From an uncultured Smithella sp. (GTDB lineage Bacteria; Desulfobacterota; Syntrophia; Syntrophales; Smithellaceae): a stretch of 64,000 nt of DNA. Location: positions 3 through 64,002 of the forward strand of contig CAZOPH010000003.1 in assembly GCA_964581635.1 (NCBI GenBank). Reading direction: 5' to 3'. Below the pieces are notes generated by a model, which was not told the origin of the DNA, ran no database searches, and was given only the letters and a program-made list of their open reading frames with translations. Within the stretch, counting starts at the first letter, position 1, and every line of letters begins with the position of its first letter. This document shows positions 55,988 through 64,000 of the stretch, piece after piece. A program made the position numbers and the translations under genes.

Positions 55988-56581
55988 ATGATTCCATTGA
56001 TCGTTCTGGTCGTCATCATCGCTGCCGTCGCTTTCTATTTTGTCGGAATTTACAATAACCTGATTGCGCTGCGCAATCTTTACATGAACGCCTACACCCA
56101 GATCGATATTCAGTTGAAACGCCGCTATGATCTGATTCCCAACCTGGTGGAAGCCGCCAAGGGTTATCTGGCGCATGAACGTGGAACGCTGGAAGCCGTC
56201 ATCAAAGCACGCCAGACAGCTTTCGACGCCAGTAAAGTTGCAGCGGCTTCTCCCGGTGACGCCGCGGCCATGGCGGGACTGACCCGGGCGGAAGGTTCGC
56301 TTTCCGGCTTACTTTCCAAGCTGCTGGCGGTTGTGGAATCTTACCCCGACTTAAAGGCTAACAAAACCATCAGCGATCTGATGGAAGAACTGACCTCTAC
56401 GGAGAATAAAATCAGCTTCGCGCGTCAGGCCTATAATGACGCCGTGACCGATTACAATACGAAGCGGGAACAGTTTCCGAACAATGTGATATCGTCAACC
56501 TTTAATTTCCAAACGGCCGCCCTGCTGGAAGCCGTGGAAAAAGCCGAAGAGCGGACAGCACCTAAAGTTTCCTTTACCTGA
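55988..56581 (+). CDS. LemA family membrane protein
   Basis: AAGGAGG SD. A single N-terminal TM segment followed by YNNLIALRN...RRYDLIPNLVE, typical of LemA. The ORF-track start at 55856 overlaps proB, so I rejected it. Confidence 0.85.
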   Translation: MIPLIVLVVIIAAVAFYFVGIYNNLIALRNLYMNAYTQIDIQLKRRYDLIPNLVEAAKGYLAHERGTLEAVIKARQTAFDASKVAAASPGDAAAMAGLTRAEGSLSGLLSKLLAVVESYPDLKANKTISDLMEELTSTENKISFARQAYNDAVTDYNTKREQFPNNVISSTFNFQTAALLEAVEKAEERTAPKVSFT

Positions 56582-56614
56582 AGATCCGCGGACTGACGCG
56601 ATTGATTTCTTAAA

Positions 56615-58600
56615 ATGACCGTTACCCGTTCGACTAACTTTTTTGCCAGGCAGGAGCAGGCCCGCAAAAGCTGCCGGAATCAGATGATTCTATTTGCTTT
56701 TGCGGTGTTTGTTATTGTTGTAGTCACCACGCTGGCGATTCGTTTTGCCTGGTATTTATATATCAGCACTCAGACATTCAGTCCTTTTAACGCCGGCTCG
56801 GCGCAAAACTACCAGCAAATACTTTCAACTTTTACCTTTTTTGACCCGGCGTTTTTTCTTTTTACGGCCATGGCCATTGTCATCGTCATTCTAACTGCCA
56901 GCGTGGTCAAAATGGACACTCTACAGAAAGGCGGCGGCGCCGTGGCTGAAATGCTGGGTGGACGAAAAATCAGCACCGGAACAACCGATCAGACCGAACG
57001 CCGTCTGATCAATGTTGTGGAAGAAATGGCCATTGCCTCCGGCATTCCCGTCCCGCAGGTCTATGTGCTGGATTCGGAACATAACATCAACGCATTTGCC
57101 GCAGGGCTTGAACTTGACGATGCAGCAGTGGCCGTCACTCATGGAGCGCTCATGAAGCTTAAACGCGATGAATTGCAGGGCGTTATCGGCCATGAGTTCA
57201 GTCACATCTTAAACGGTGACTCCCGACTCAATGTTCAGTTGATCGGTATCCTTTTCGGCATCCTTTTTATGGGAATCGTCGGAAGAAAAATTATATCACA
57301 GGGACGCCTCTCCCTCAGATTGGGTTTACCAATCATCGCCGGAGGGGTTTGCCTGATCGTGATCGGTTACATGGGAACCTTTTTGGGCAGGCTGATGCAA
57401 TGTGCCGTAGCTCGTCAGAAGGAATTCCTGGCAGACGCATCCTCCGTTCAGTTCACGCGCAATCCGCTGGGATTGGCGGGCGCCCTAAAGAAAATCGGGG
57501 GTTCCGCTTTCGGCTCGCGTATTCAATCGGCCAGCGCCAGACAGGCCAGCCACTTGTTCTTCGGCGAAAGTCATCCCGATGAGATATTCCCTTTTCTGGC
57601 CACACATCCGCCGCTGACTGAACGCATCCGGCTTCTGGATCCTTTATTTGACGGCAAATTCATAAAAATGGAAAATGACCGGCTTACAGCCAAACCGGAG
57701 TATTCAACCCCCTTCTGGGGCACCACACGCCACATTCCACCCGGATCGTCTTTCCTGAATCTCATTCCCGCGGAAATAATTCATCGTGTCGGAAATCCGT
57801 TCAAAGAAAATATTGAAAAGAGCCAGACCCTTCTCCAATCCATACCGGAGGACATTATCAAAGCCGTGAAGACACCCCAGGGCGCTGCTTGCATCATTTA
57901 TGCTCTTTTGATGGATACCGACGCGGCACGGCGTGAAGCGCAGGTGTCCGCTCTAGACAGAGCAATGGTCTTGCAAGGTCAGGCGGACCGTGTCGTGAAA
58001 ATCGACGGACAATTATCGGGTCTGCAACAAGACCTCCGACTGCCATTAATCGAACTGGCCATACCGGCACTCATGGGATTAACAAGCATGGAAAAAAGAA
58101 ATTTTTTATTGATCCTCCATTCGTTCATTAACGCCGATGGACAAATGAGTCTTTTTGAATTATCCGTTCAATGGATTTTAGACAAATATCTTAATCCATC
58201 CGAAAAGCTCTTTCCAAGTGTCACGCTCTTTTCATATTCCCAGGTTGGTTTGGACATTATCACACTGCTCGGGGCGCTGGCCTGTGCCGGACATACAAGC
58301 AACAAAATTCAAGCGGAGAATGCCTTTCAAACAGGCCTTTCCAGGATTCCGGAACTGGCCGCACGCAAACCCGTTTTTGCTTTTAAAGATAACGCTTCCT
58401 ACGCAAGCGTGAACAAGGCACTTACCGATCTGAACGCAGCGTCCTTTAAAATCAGAGAATCGGTTATCGACGCCTGCGCACACTGCGTCTTTGCGGACAA
58501 AACTGTGACGGTTGAAGAAGGGGAGCTCCTGCGTGTCATCGCGCTCGCGCTCCAATGCCCACTGCCACCATTTGCTGCCGAAAAGCAGACACCTTCGTGA
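56615..58600 (+). CDS. M48-family (HtpX-like) zinc metallopeptidase with a ~330-aa C-terminal extension
   Basis: HEFSH zinc motif (GVIGHEFSHILNGD). A downstream Glu (QKEFLAD) and THPPLTERI. TM segments flank the protease core. The long C-terminal region has no motif I recognise. Confidence 0.8.
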   Translation: MTVTRSTNFFARQEQARKSCRNQMILFAFAVFVIVVVTTLAIRFAWYLYISTQTFSPFNAGSAQNYQQILSTFTFFDPAFFLFTAMAIVIVILTASVVKMDTLQKGGGAVAEMLGGRKISTGTTDQTERRLINVVEEMAIASGIPVPQVYVLDSEHNINAFAAGLELDDAAVAVTHGALMKLKRDELQGVIGHEFSHILNGDSRLNVQLIGILFGILFMGIVGRKIISQGRLSLRLGLPIIAGGVCLIVIGYMGTFLGRLMQCAVARQKEFLADASSVQFTRNPLGLAGALKKIGGSAFGSRIQSASARQASHLFFGESHPDEIFPFLATHPPLTERIRLLDPLFDGKFIKMENDRLTAKPEYSTPFWGTTRHIPPGSSFLNLIPAEIIHRVGNPFKENIEKSQTLLQSIPEDIIKAVKTPQGAACIIYALLMDTDAARREAQVSALDRAMVLQGQADRVVKIDGQLSGLQQDLRLPLIELAIPALMGLTSMEKRNFLLILHSFINADGQMSLFELSVQWILDKYLNPSEKLFPSVTLFSYSQVGLDIITLLGALACAGHTSNKIQAENAFQTGLSRIPELAARKPVFAFKDNASYASVNKALTDLNAASFKIRESVIDACAHCVFADKTVTVEEGELLRVIALALQCPLPPFAAEKQTPS

Positions 58601-58695
58601 GCATCTTATTGACCGATTGATAGGAAACCGGCAAGTTCCGGAGATGATCACGTCATTCGATTGCCAATTACCAGATCCTATGTTAAAGGTCAGCC

Positions 58696-60018
58696 ATGTC
58701 GATCTGGAATAAGAAAAGCAGAATCCTGGTGACCTGTCCGAAAGGCGTTGCGCCTTATTTGAAGGCGGAAATCGCAGCATTGGGATTCCCGATCCTGCAT
58801 GAAATGGATACCGCCATTTCAACTGAAGGAACGCTCACAGACACGATGCTGCTGAATCTTCATTTGCGCACAGCCCAGCGCGTCCTGTATCAATTGCAAA
58901 TATTCAAAGTTATTTCTCCCGGCGCTCTTTATGAACGCATCAATGCCATACCCTGGGAGACACTCCTGCACGATTCCGGCCCCAACGCTTATGTTTGCGT
59001 CACGTCGGTTGTAGATAATTCCCTGGTGACCGATTCGCGCTTTGTCAACCTCAAGGCTAAGGACGCCATCGTTGACCGAATCCGGGAAAAGAGCGGCATC
59101 CGGCCTGATTCCGGCCCGGAAAAAGACAAGGCCGTTATTCACGTTTACTGGCGTAATGATCAGGCGATGGTTTATATCGACACCTCCGGTGATCGACTTT
59201 CGCTGCGCGGCTATCGCAAGATACCGCTGGCCGCGCCGATGCAGGAAACCCTGGCGGCGGCTTTGATTCTGGCAACGGAATGGCAGGGCAGGACGCCTTT
59301 TGTCAACCCGATGTGCGGCAGTGGAACGCTGGCCATTGAAGCGGCCCTGATCGCGCTCAATCGTGCACCGGGACTGGGACGCAACAATTACGGTTTTATG
59401 TACATTAAAGATTTCCCCTATGAACTCTGGCAGGGGATGCGCAAAAAAGCCCGTATGGAATCCAAAAAAACATTACCGTCGAAAATTCTCGCCACAGATA
59501 TTGACGCTGCAGCCGTGCAGGCGGCACGCCAAAACGCGAAAACGGCGGGCGTTGATCTTCTGATCGAATTTGCGACCTGCTCTTTTCAAGAAACATCCAT
59601 TTCGGGAGGAGGCGGCATCATCATGATGAATCCTCCCTACGGCGAGCGTATGGAACCTCTCAAAATTCAAACGCTGCGTCCCGACCGAAAGAAAGAAATC
59701 GCGCCGGGTCAGAAAGTCATTCTCCGCAAGGCCGCCGACCTGGTTCATAAAAGCAACCATCCCAACTCTCTGCAACGATTGGAGGCGCTCTACGAAAGCT
59801 GCGGCGATTGGTTCAAAAGCATCAGCCGGGGCTATCGCGGCTATATTTTCACCGGCAATTTGGACATGATAAAAAAAGTGGGGTTACGCACCAAGCGTCG
59901 GATGGCTTTTTACAATGGTGAAATCGAATGCCGCCTGCTGGAATATGAGCTTTACGCAGGCAGCAAAAAGCAGTCATCCCAGGAGAATCAATTTATTTTT
60001 CCACCCAAAATTGATTAG
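58696..60018 (+). CDS. THUMP domain + class I SAM-dependent RNA methyltransferase (RlmL/UPF0020-like)
   Basis: NPMCGSGTLAIEAA motif I and the MNPPYGERM motif IV. The N-terminal THUMP-like region resembles the RlmL N-terminal half. Confidence 0.8.
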   Translation: MSIWNKKSRILVTCPKGVAPYLKAEIAALGFPILHEMDTAISTEGTLTDTMLLNLHLRTAQRVLYQLQIFKVISPGALYERINAIPWETLLHDSGPNAYVCVTSVVDNSLVTDSRFVNLKAKDAIVDRIREKSGIRPDSGPEKDKAVIHVYWRNDQAMVYIDTSGDRLSLRGYRKIPLAAPMQETLAAALILATEWQGRTPFVNPMCGSGTLAIEAALIALNRAPGLGRNNYGFMYIKDFPYELWQGMRKKARMESKKTLPSKILATDIDAAAVQAARQNAKTAGVDLLIEFATCSFQETSISGGGGIIMMNPPYGERMEPLKIQTLRPDRKKEIAPGQKVILRKAADLVHKSNHPNSLQRLEALYESCGDWFKSISRGYRGYIFTGNLDMIKKVGLRTKRRMAFYNGEIECRLLEYELYAGSKKQSSQENQFIFPPKID

Positions 60019-60356
60019 TCTAATTTCTTTTTCGCCTCTTTCTTCCTGGCTTTTGCCATGGCCTTCAGTGCTTTCTTGTCCGGAATTGCCGCAGACACAG
60101 AGGTCTTTTGGGGTAATTCTATTTGCGGAGCATCATCGGGTAAAACGGATGGCACCTCTGCCATCCTCAACGCATCCGGTATTTCATGTTGCTTGGTGCG
60201 GCGCAGACGAATCCTGGCAATAATGGCTTCTGCAAACATCTTGCCGAATTGGCCGATAAATCCGGCGATCAGGACAAGAATCACCCATTTGAGAACCGAC
60301 CAGGTACTGATATAATTTAAAATATCCGTCATTGAAAAAGCACCAACTCCATACAA
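60015..60356 (-). CDS. hypothetical small membrane protein with a basic C-terminal tail
   Basis: One TM segment (WVILVLIAGFIGQFG) and a Lys-rich tail (KALKAMAKARKKEAKKKLD). The start is uncertain (TTG at 60356 or ATG at 60332). Its stop overlaps the convergent methyltransferase stop. Confidence 0.4.
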   Translation of the reverse strand: MYGVGAFSMTDILNYISTWSVLKWVILVLIAGFIGQFGKMFAEAIIARIRLRRTKQHEIPDALRMAEVPSVLPDDAPQIELPQKTSVSAAIPDKKALKAMAKARKKEAKKKLD

Positions 60357-60550
60357 TAAAAATACTATGCGTTGCTGTCAGCCGTCTATTTTTGAAATGA
60401 CACGCACTGTTTTGACTTTTTTATACAGGAAAACCCATCGATATGACAAGGCCTATTATCCCCTTGACTAAAAGTTGAATTCCTTGGCGGGTCGTGCTAC
60501 AGAAGTTTATGTAATCATTGAACGTATCATGTTTAAGGAGTTTATCTTAC

Positions 60551-61342
60551 ATGTACGGTCTAAGCCTTAAAACAATAGCATGGATCATCGTCATTTTCAT
60601 TTGTGCCTGTTCATCTCTGCAAATAAAGCAGCGACAGGACGTGGCTGCCGTCTGTGCCGAGACGAAACCTTCGTTCTTTGAAGCGTGCAGAAAGGGCGAT
60701 GTTACAAACGTCATGTGCCTCGTGGAAGAAAAAATCGTTGATGTCAACGAAAGAGACAAATACCAATGGACAGGCTTAATGTATGCGATACAAAATGGAC
60801 ATGAAAACCTGGCTGAGTATTTCCTGATCAAGAAAGCGAACATAAATCAGCAGGACAAGGACGGTCTTACTCCGCTGATGATTGCCGTCAATGAACGTCA
60901 TCCGAACCTTGTCGAATTCTTGCTGCAAGCGGGCGCTGACCCGGTCATGCAGGACAGGCACGGATACGCGGCACTAATGTGGTCTATATACAACAAGAGT
61001 TGGGACAGCATCCCCCTTTTGCTGGCAACTGGAAAAGGCATTGATCTGCAAAACGGATTCGGTGAAACGGCTCTGCATCTGGCGGCCTATTATAATCAGC
61101 CGGATATCGTCTCCATGCTTGTGAAAATGAATGCCCCTATCAATATTCAGGATCAACAGGGTCTGACGCCTCTGATGCTGGCCGCACAGTATGGATCGGA
61201 AAATATGGTTGCCTTCCTTGTGGAAAATCAGGCAGACTTGAAGCTGAAAAACACGGTAGGCGAAAACGCCCTTGATCTGGCCAGGAAAAGAAATCGACAA
61301 AAGACCGTTGAATATCTGGAGACGAGGATTAAGAAGGAATGA
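60551..61342 (+). CDS. exported ankyrin-repeat protein
   Basis: AAGGAG SD. Signal-like N-terminus MYGLSLKTIAWIIVIFICACSS. About six ANK repeats (GLTPLMIAV..., GETALHLAAYYNQPDIVSMLV..., GLTPLMLAAQYGSENMVAFLV...). Confidence 0.8.
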   Translation: MYGLSLKTIAWIIVIFICACSSLQIKQRQDVAAVCAETKPSFFEACRKGDVTNVMCLVEEKIVDVNERDKYQWTGLMYAIQNGHENLAEYFLIKKANINQQDKDGLTPLMIAVNERHPNLVEFLLQAGADPVMQDRHGYAALMWSIYNKSWDSIPLLLATGKGIDLQNGFGETALHLAAYYNQPDIVSMLVKMNAPINIQDQQGLTPLMLAAQYGSENMVAFLVENQADLKLKNTVGENALDLARKRNRQKTVEYLETRIKKE

Positions 61343-62631
61343 ACAGGCAAACAGATTATTCAAAATTGCTGGGGATAATCACGCTGGCCTGTCTGATGCT
61401 GACGAGCCTGATGAATTGCAGTTATCTGAGCATCCCCGCAAGGGATGATGTTGCGTCAAAGGCTATTCATGCAAAAGGGGACAACAACGCGACGGTTTAT
61501 AACTCCGCTGTGATTAAAGGCCAAATTACCGGCGCTGATAATGGCAAAGTTTCCACATTCATCATCGCACATCGTTTGGCGGATGTCAGCGGAGAATCGG
61601 CCGAATATCTGGCCGTCAATAATTCCGGTGCATTCATGCTTTACCTGCCCGAGGGTCGCTATCAGTTATACACCATCGCAGACTACAACCATAACGGAAT
61701 ATATGAGAATGACGAAATATCCGGAGTATATGGATCATTCTTTTCTCCAAAAGAAATATCCATTCGTGAAAACGAGCTGATCACCGACGTCGTAATCCGA
61801 ACCGCCAGACCCAACGGCAATCAAATAAATTTTTCTCGGGAAACCGCCCTCAAGAAGAAACAGGATGTTGTCAAGCAAATTACGCATAATGGCCAGGTAT
61901 TAAAAATTTATCATGAATATTATTCGCCTGAAAACGCACAGACAGGCTACTGGCATCCATCCTCCTTTATGAAGGTATTTGGCGCTCACATCTATATGGT
62001 TGGAGAATACAGTCCCCGTAAAATTCCCATACTCTTTGTTCACGGCACGGAAGGTAGCCCGCAGAACTGGATATATCTTTATATGCGATTAGACCAGAGC
62101 CGTTATCAGCCCTGGTTCTTTTATTATCCATCGGGCATTCGTCTGTCTCTCGCCGCAGCCCTGCTCAATGAAGAGCTACGGGAGCTACATAAAAAGTACG
62201 GCTTCCAGAAAATGGGTATTGTCGCCCATAGCGTAGGCGGCCTGACAACCCGGTCATTCCTGACCCGCTTTGCCTCCGATAATCAAAATAATTTCATAAA
62301 GCTGTTCGTGACATTTGCCACACCCTGGAGCGGATTCGGCTTAGCCGATGCCTCGCAGATTCTGATCCACAAAAGCATTCCTGTCTGGATGGATCTGGGA
62401 ACGCAAAGTCCTTTCATCAAAACCACTCTGGAGAACAGGCTGCCACCGAACATCCGCCATTATATTTTCTACGGTGAAAATGACAAACACTGCGGAAGTA
62501 CAGCCACGGATGATCGGGCCGTCACCAGCGCCGTCGCGACCTTCGCTTTCAACTGCGATCATACGTCCATTTTAAGCGACCGCAAAGTATTTTTAAAATT
62601 CAATGAAATCCTGGAAAAGGAACTATGGTAA
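61339..62631 (+). CDS. exported alpha/beta-hydrolase (lipase/esterase-like) with an N-terminal beta-sandwich (carboxypeptidase-regulatory-like) domain
   Basis: Its start overlaps the ankyrin stop (ATGA). Hydrophobic signal. Nucleophile elbow AHSVGG and the upstream FVHGTEGSPQNW. The C-terminal Asp/His candidates are NDKHCG and CDHTS. Confidence 0.7.
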   Translation: MNRQTDYSKLLGIITLACLMLTSLMNCSYLSIPARDDVASKAIHAKGDNNATVYNSAVIKGQITGADNGKVSTFIIAHRLADVSGESAEYLAVNNSGAFMLYLPEGRYQLYTIADYNHNGIYENDEISGVYGSFFSPKEISIRENELITDVVIRTARPNGNQINFSRETALKKKQDVVKQITHNGQVLKIYHEYYSPENAQTGYWHPSSFMKVFGAHIYMVGEYSPRKIPILFVHGTEGSPQNWIYLYMRLDQSRYQPWFFYYPSGIRLSLAAALLNEELRELHKKYGFQKMGIVAHSVGGLTTRSFLTRFASDNQNNFIKLFVTFATPWSGFGLADASQILIHKSIPVWMDLGTQSPFIKTTLENRLPPNIRHYIFYGENDKHCGSTATDDRAVTSAVATFAFNCDHTSILSDRKVFLKFNEILEKELW

Positions 62632-62679
62632 ATGAGGAAATAGTCAAGCCGGTTCATAATAATTAAATCAGGAGACCGA

Positions 62680-63486
62680 ATGAAAATCATCCGTTTTGTT
62701 TCAGAACGTCAGGACATATTTTATGGCGTTTACTCTTCAGACCATCCCGAATCAGCAAAAATCATCGAAGGCGATCTTTGGGGGTCTTACCAATTCAGCT
62801 ACGAAGATGCAAAAATCAGGCAATTGCTTCCTCCCGTCGTCCCGGTCAATATTCTTGCGCTGGGTATTAACTACAAAAAGCACGGCGATGAAACCGCGAT
62901 GTCCTATCCGGATCAGCCGATCTTATTTATCAAGGCAACCAGCAGTATTATTGGACACAAGGAATCCATTCTCCTGCCTGATGCGGGGGCTGATTTTGTG
63001 GACTATGAGGCGGAGTTGGCTGTCCTAATCGGAAAGAAAGCAAAAAACATTGTGCCCCGGGAAGCCATGGACTATATACTGGGCTACACCTGCGCGAACG
63101 ACGTAAGCGCACGAGACTGGCAATTTGAAAAGCAGAAGGGACAGTGGGCCAGGGGAAAAAGCTTTGACACCTTCTGCCCGCTCGGCCCCTGGATTGTTAC
63201 GAAGGATGAAATCGACAATCCCAATGATCTGGGCATTCGCTGCCTGCTCAACAATCAGACCGTTCAGGAATCACGAACATCGGAAATGATTTTCAACATT
63301 TCGGACATCGTCAGTAACCTGAGTTGCTCGATGACACTTCTGCCCGGCACAGTGATTTTGACCGGCACACCGGAAGGTGTCGGATTTACGCGCCAGCCGC
63401 CCTTGTTTCTCAGGGATGGCGATGTCGTCAGCGTCGAAATTGAAAAGATCGGAACCCTGACAAACCGGGTTATCGCAGAGCCATGA
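62680..63486 (+). CDS. fumarylacetoacetate hydrolase (FAH) family protein
   Basis: VDYEAELAVLIGK, CANDVSARDWQ and GTPEGVG motifs. 268 aa. Confidence 0.85.
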   Translation: MKIIRFVSERQDIFYGVYSSDHPESAKIIEGDLWGSYQFSYEDAKIRQLLPPVVPVNILALGINYKKHGDETAMSYPDQPILFIKATSSIIGHKESILLPDAGADFVDYEAELAVLIGKKAKNIVPREAMDYILGYTCANDVSARDWQFEKQKGQWARGKSFDTFCPLGPWIVTKDEIDNPNDLGIRCLLNNQTVQESRTSEMIFNISDIVSNLSCSMTLLPGTVILTGTPEGVGFTRQPPLFLRDGDVVSVEIEKIGTLTNRVIAEP

Positions 63487-63797
63487 AAATTATTTTCACT
63501 AAGATGATTCCGCTACATCGATTTGCGGCCATCAATCTTTTCGGAATCTTATTCGCACCGAAAGGCATAAAACTTTCTTCCCAAACCGTTAATCACGAAG
63601 CCATCCATACAGCGCAAATGAGAGAAATGTTATTTGTCTTCTTTTATCTCTGGTATCTGATCGAATGGTTGATTCGATTATTTTGTAAAGGAAACGCCTA
63701 CCGGAATATTGCCTTTGAAAAAGAAGCCTATCAAAACGATCACAACAAAAATTATTTAAACAGCCGAAAACCTTATAGTTGGTTCAAGTTCTTTTAA
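63483..63797 (+). CDS. small hypothetical membrane-associated protein with an HExxH motif
   Basis: Its start overlaps the FAH stop (ATGA). 104 aa. NHEAIHTAQMRE contains HExxH, followed by a hydrophobic helix and FEKEAY. Confidence 0.5.
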   Translation: MKIIFTKMIPLHRFAAINLFGILFAPKGIKLSSQTVNHEAIHTAQMREMLFVFFYLWYLIEWLIRLFCKGNAYRNIAFEKEAYQNDHNKNYLNSRKPYSWFKFF

Positions 63798-63888
63798 ATC
63801 GTCAATCTGGCTAAACCCTGATCAACCTCTACATTCAATGGGCATTACAAGTGATTGGCATAAATCGATATGGGAGGAAGATCCTTCT

Positions 63889-64000
63889 TTACAGGCCCCG
63901 CAGAGAATCCGGTCTGAGCAGTTTTTCGTCCCGTTCAGACAGAACCTTATCCACCAGAGCAATCATTTTTTGTTTGTCTTTCTGCAGCGTACCGGTAATG
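63889..64000 (-). CDS. C-terminal 36 codons of an unidentified minus-strand gene (continues beyond the window)
   Basis: An open frame reading ...ITGTLQKDKQKMIALVDKVLSERDEKLLRPDSLRGL runs to a TAA stop at 63891-63889. It is too short to assign. Confidence 0.3.
   Translation of the reverse strand, partial: ITGTLQKDKQKMIALVDKVLSERDEKLLRPDSLRGL

Noticed and set aside
1-64000. Scan for tRNA/rRNA genes, CRISPR repeats, transposases, integrases, phage genes and known defence-system signatures
   Set aside because: I recognised none by eye. The window reads as core chromosome with a few possibly accessory pockets. A tRNAscan/Infernal/defence-finder run would be needed to be certain.

Overview
This is a densely coding 64-kb chromosomal window with about 70 protein genes. 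I recognised no rRNA, tRNA, CRISPR array, transposase or integrase. The gene content indicates a Gram-negative bacterium: BamD, LpxC, an MltB-like transglycosylase, an Lpp-like lipoprotein and L,D-transpeptidases. The anaerobe-style metabolism (PaaK/ACT pair, acyl-CoA beta-oxidation genes, Tat-signal flavodoxin/ferredoxin, sigma-54 NtrY/NtrX-like pair with DUF4390) suggests a Desulfobacterota-like organism, but that is inference only. Housekeeping blocks are queC-queE-queD plus queH, ruvCAB-yebC, rplU-rpmA-obg-proB, fmt-rsmB, purC, dnaJ, priA, dksA, rsfS and hisF.

I did not find an unambiguous large novel system. The items most worth a second look are:
- A compact locus (9003-11977) encoding an Lpp-like lipoprotein that ends in Lys, next to an ErfK/YcfS-type and a YafK-type L,D-transpeptidase. 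It may be an outer-membrane to peptidoglycan tether with its attaching and detaching enzymes.
- An SOS-type module (12156-18124) with a perfect GAAC-N4-GTTC box. The UmuD-like protein has Tyr in place of the nucleophile Ser. The SRAP/YedK gene has its canonical ATG-TGC-GG start one nucleotide out of frame. The umuD-polymerase spacer carries complementary AAGG/CCTT heptad arrays.
- Two tandem paralogous 151/152-aa proteins of unknown function (28680-29640).
- A translationally coupled ankyrin-repeat protein and alpha/beta-hydrolase pair (60551-62631).
- A truncated CoA-transferase remnant (48888-49040).
- Several unannotated micro-ORFs and unusual hairpins.

All family assignments come from reading the translated ORFs and from remembered motifs. 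No database searches were run.
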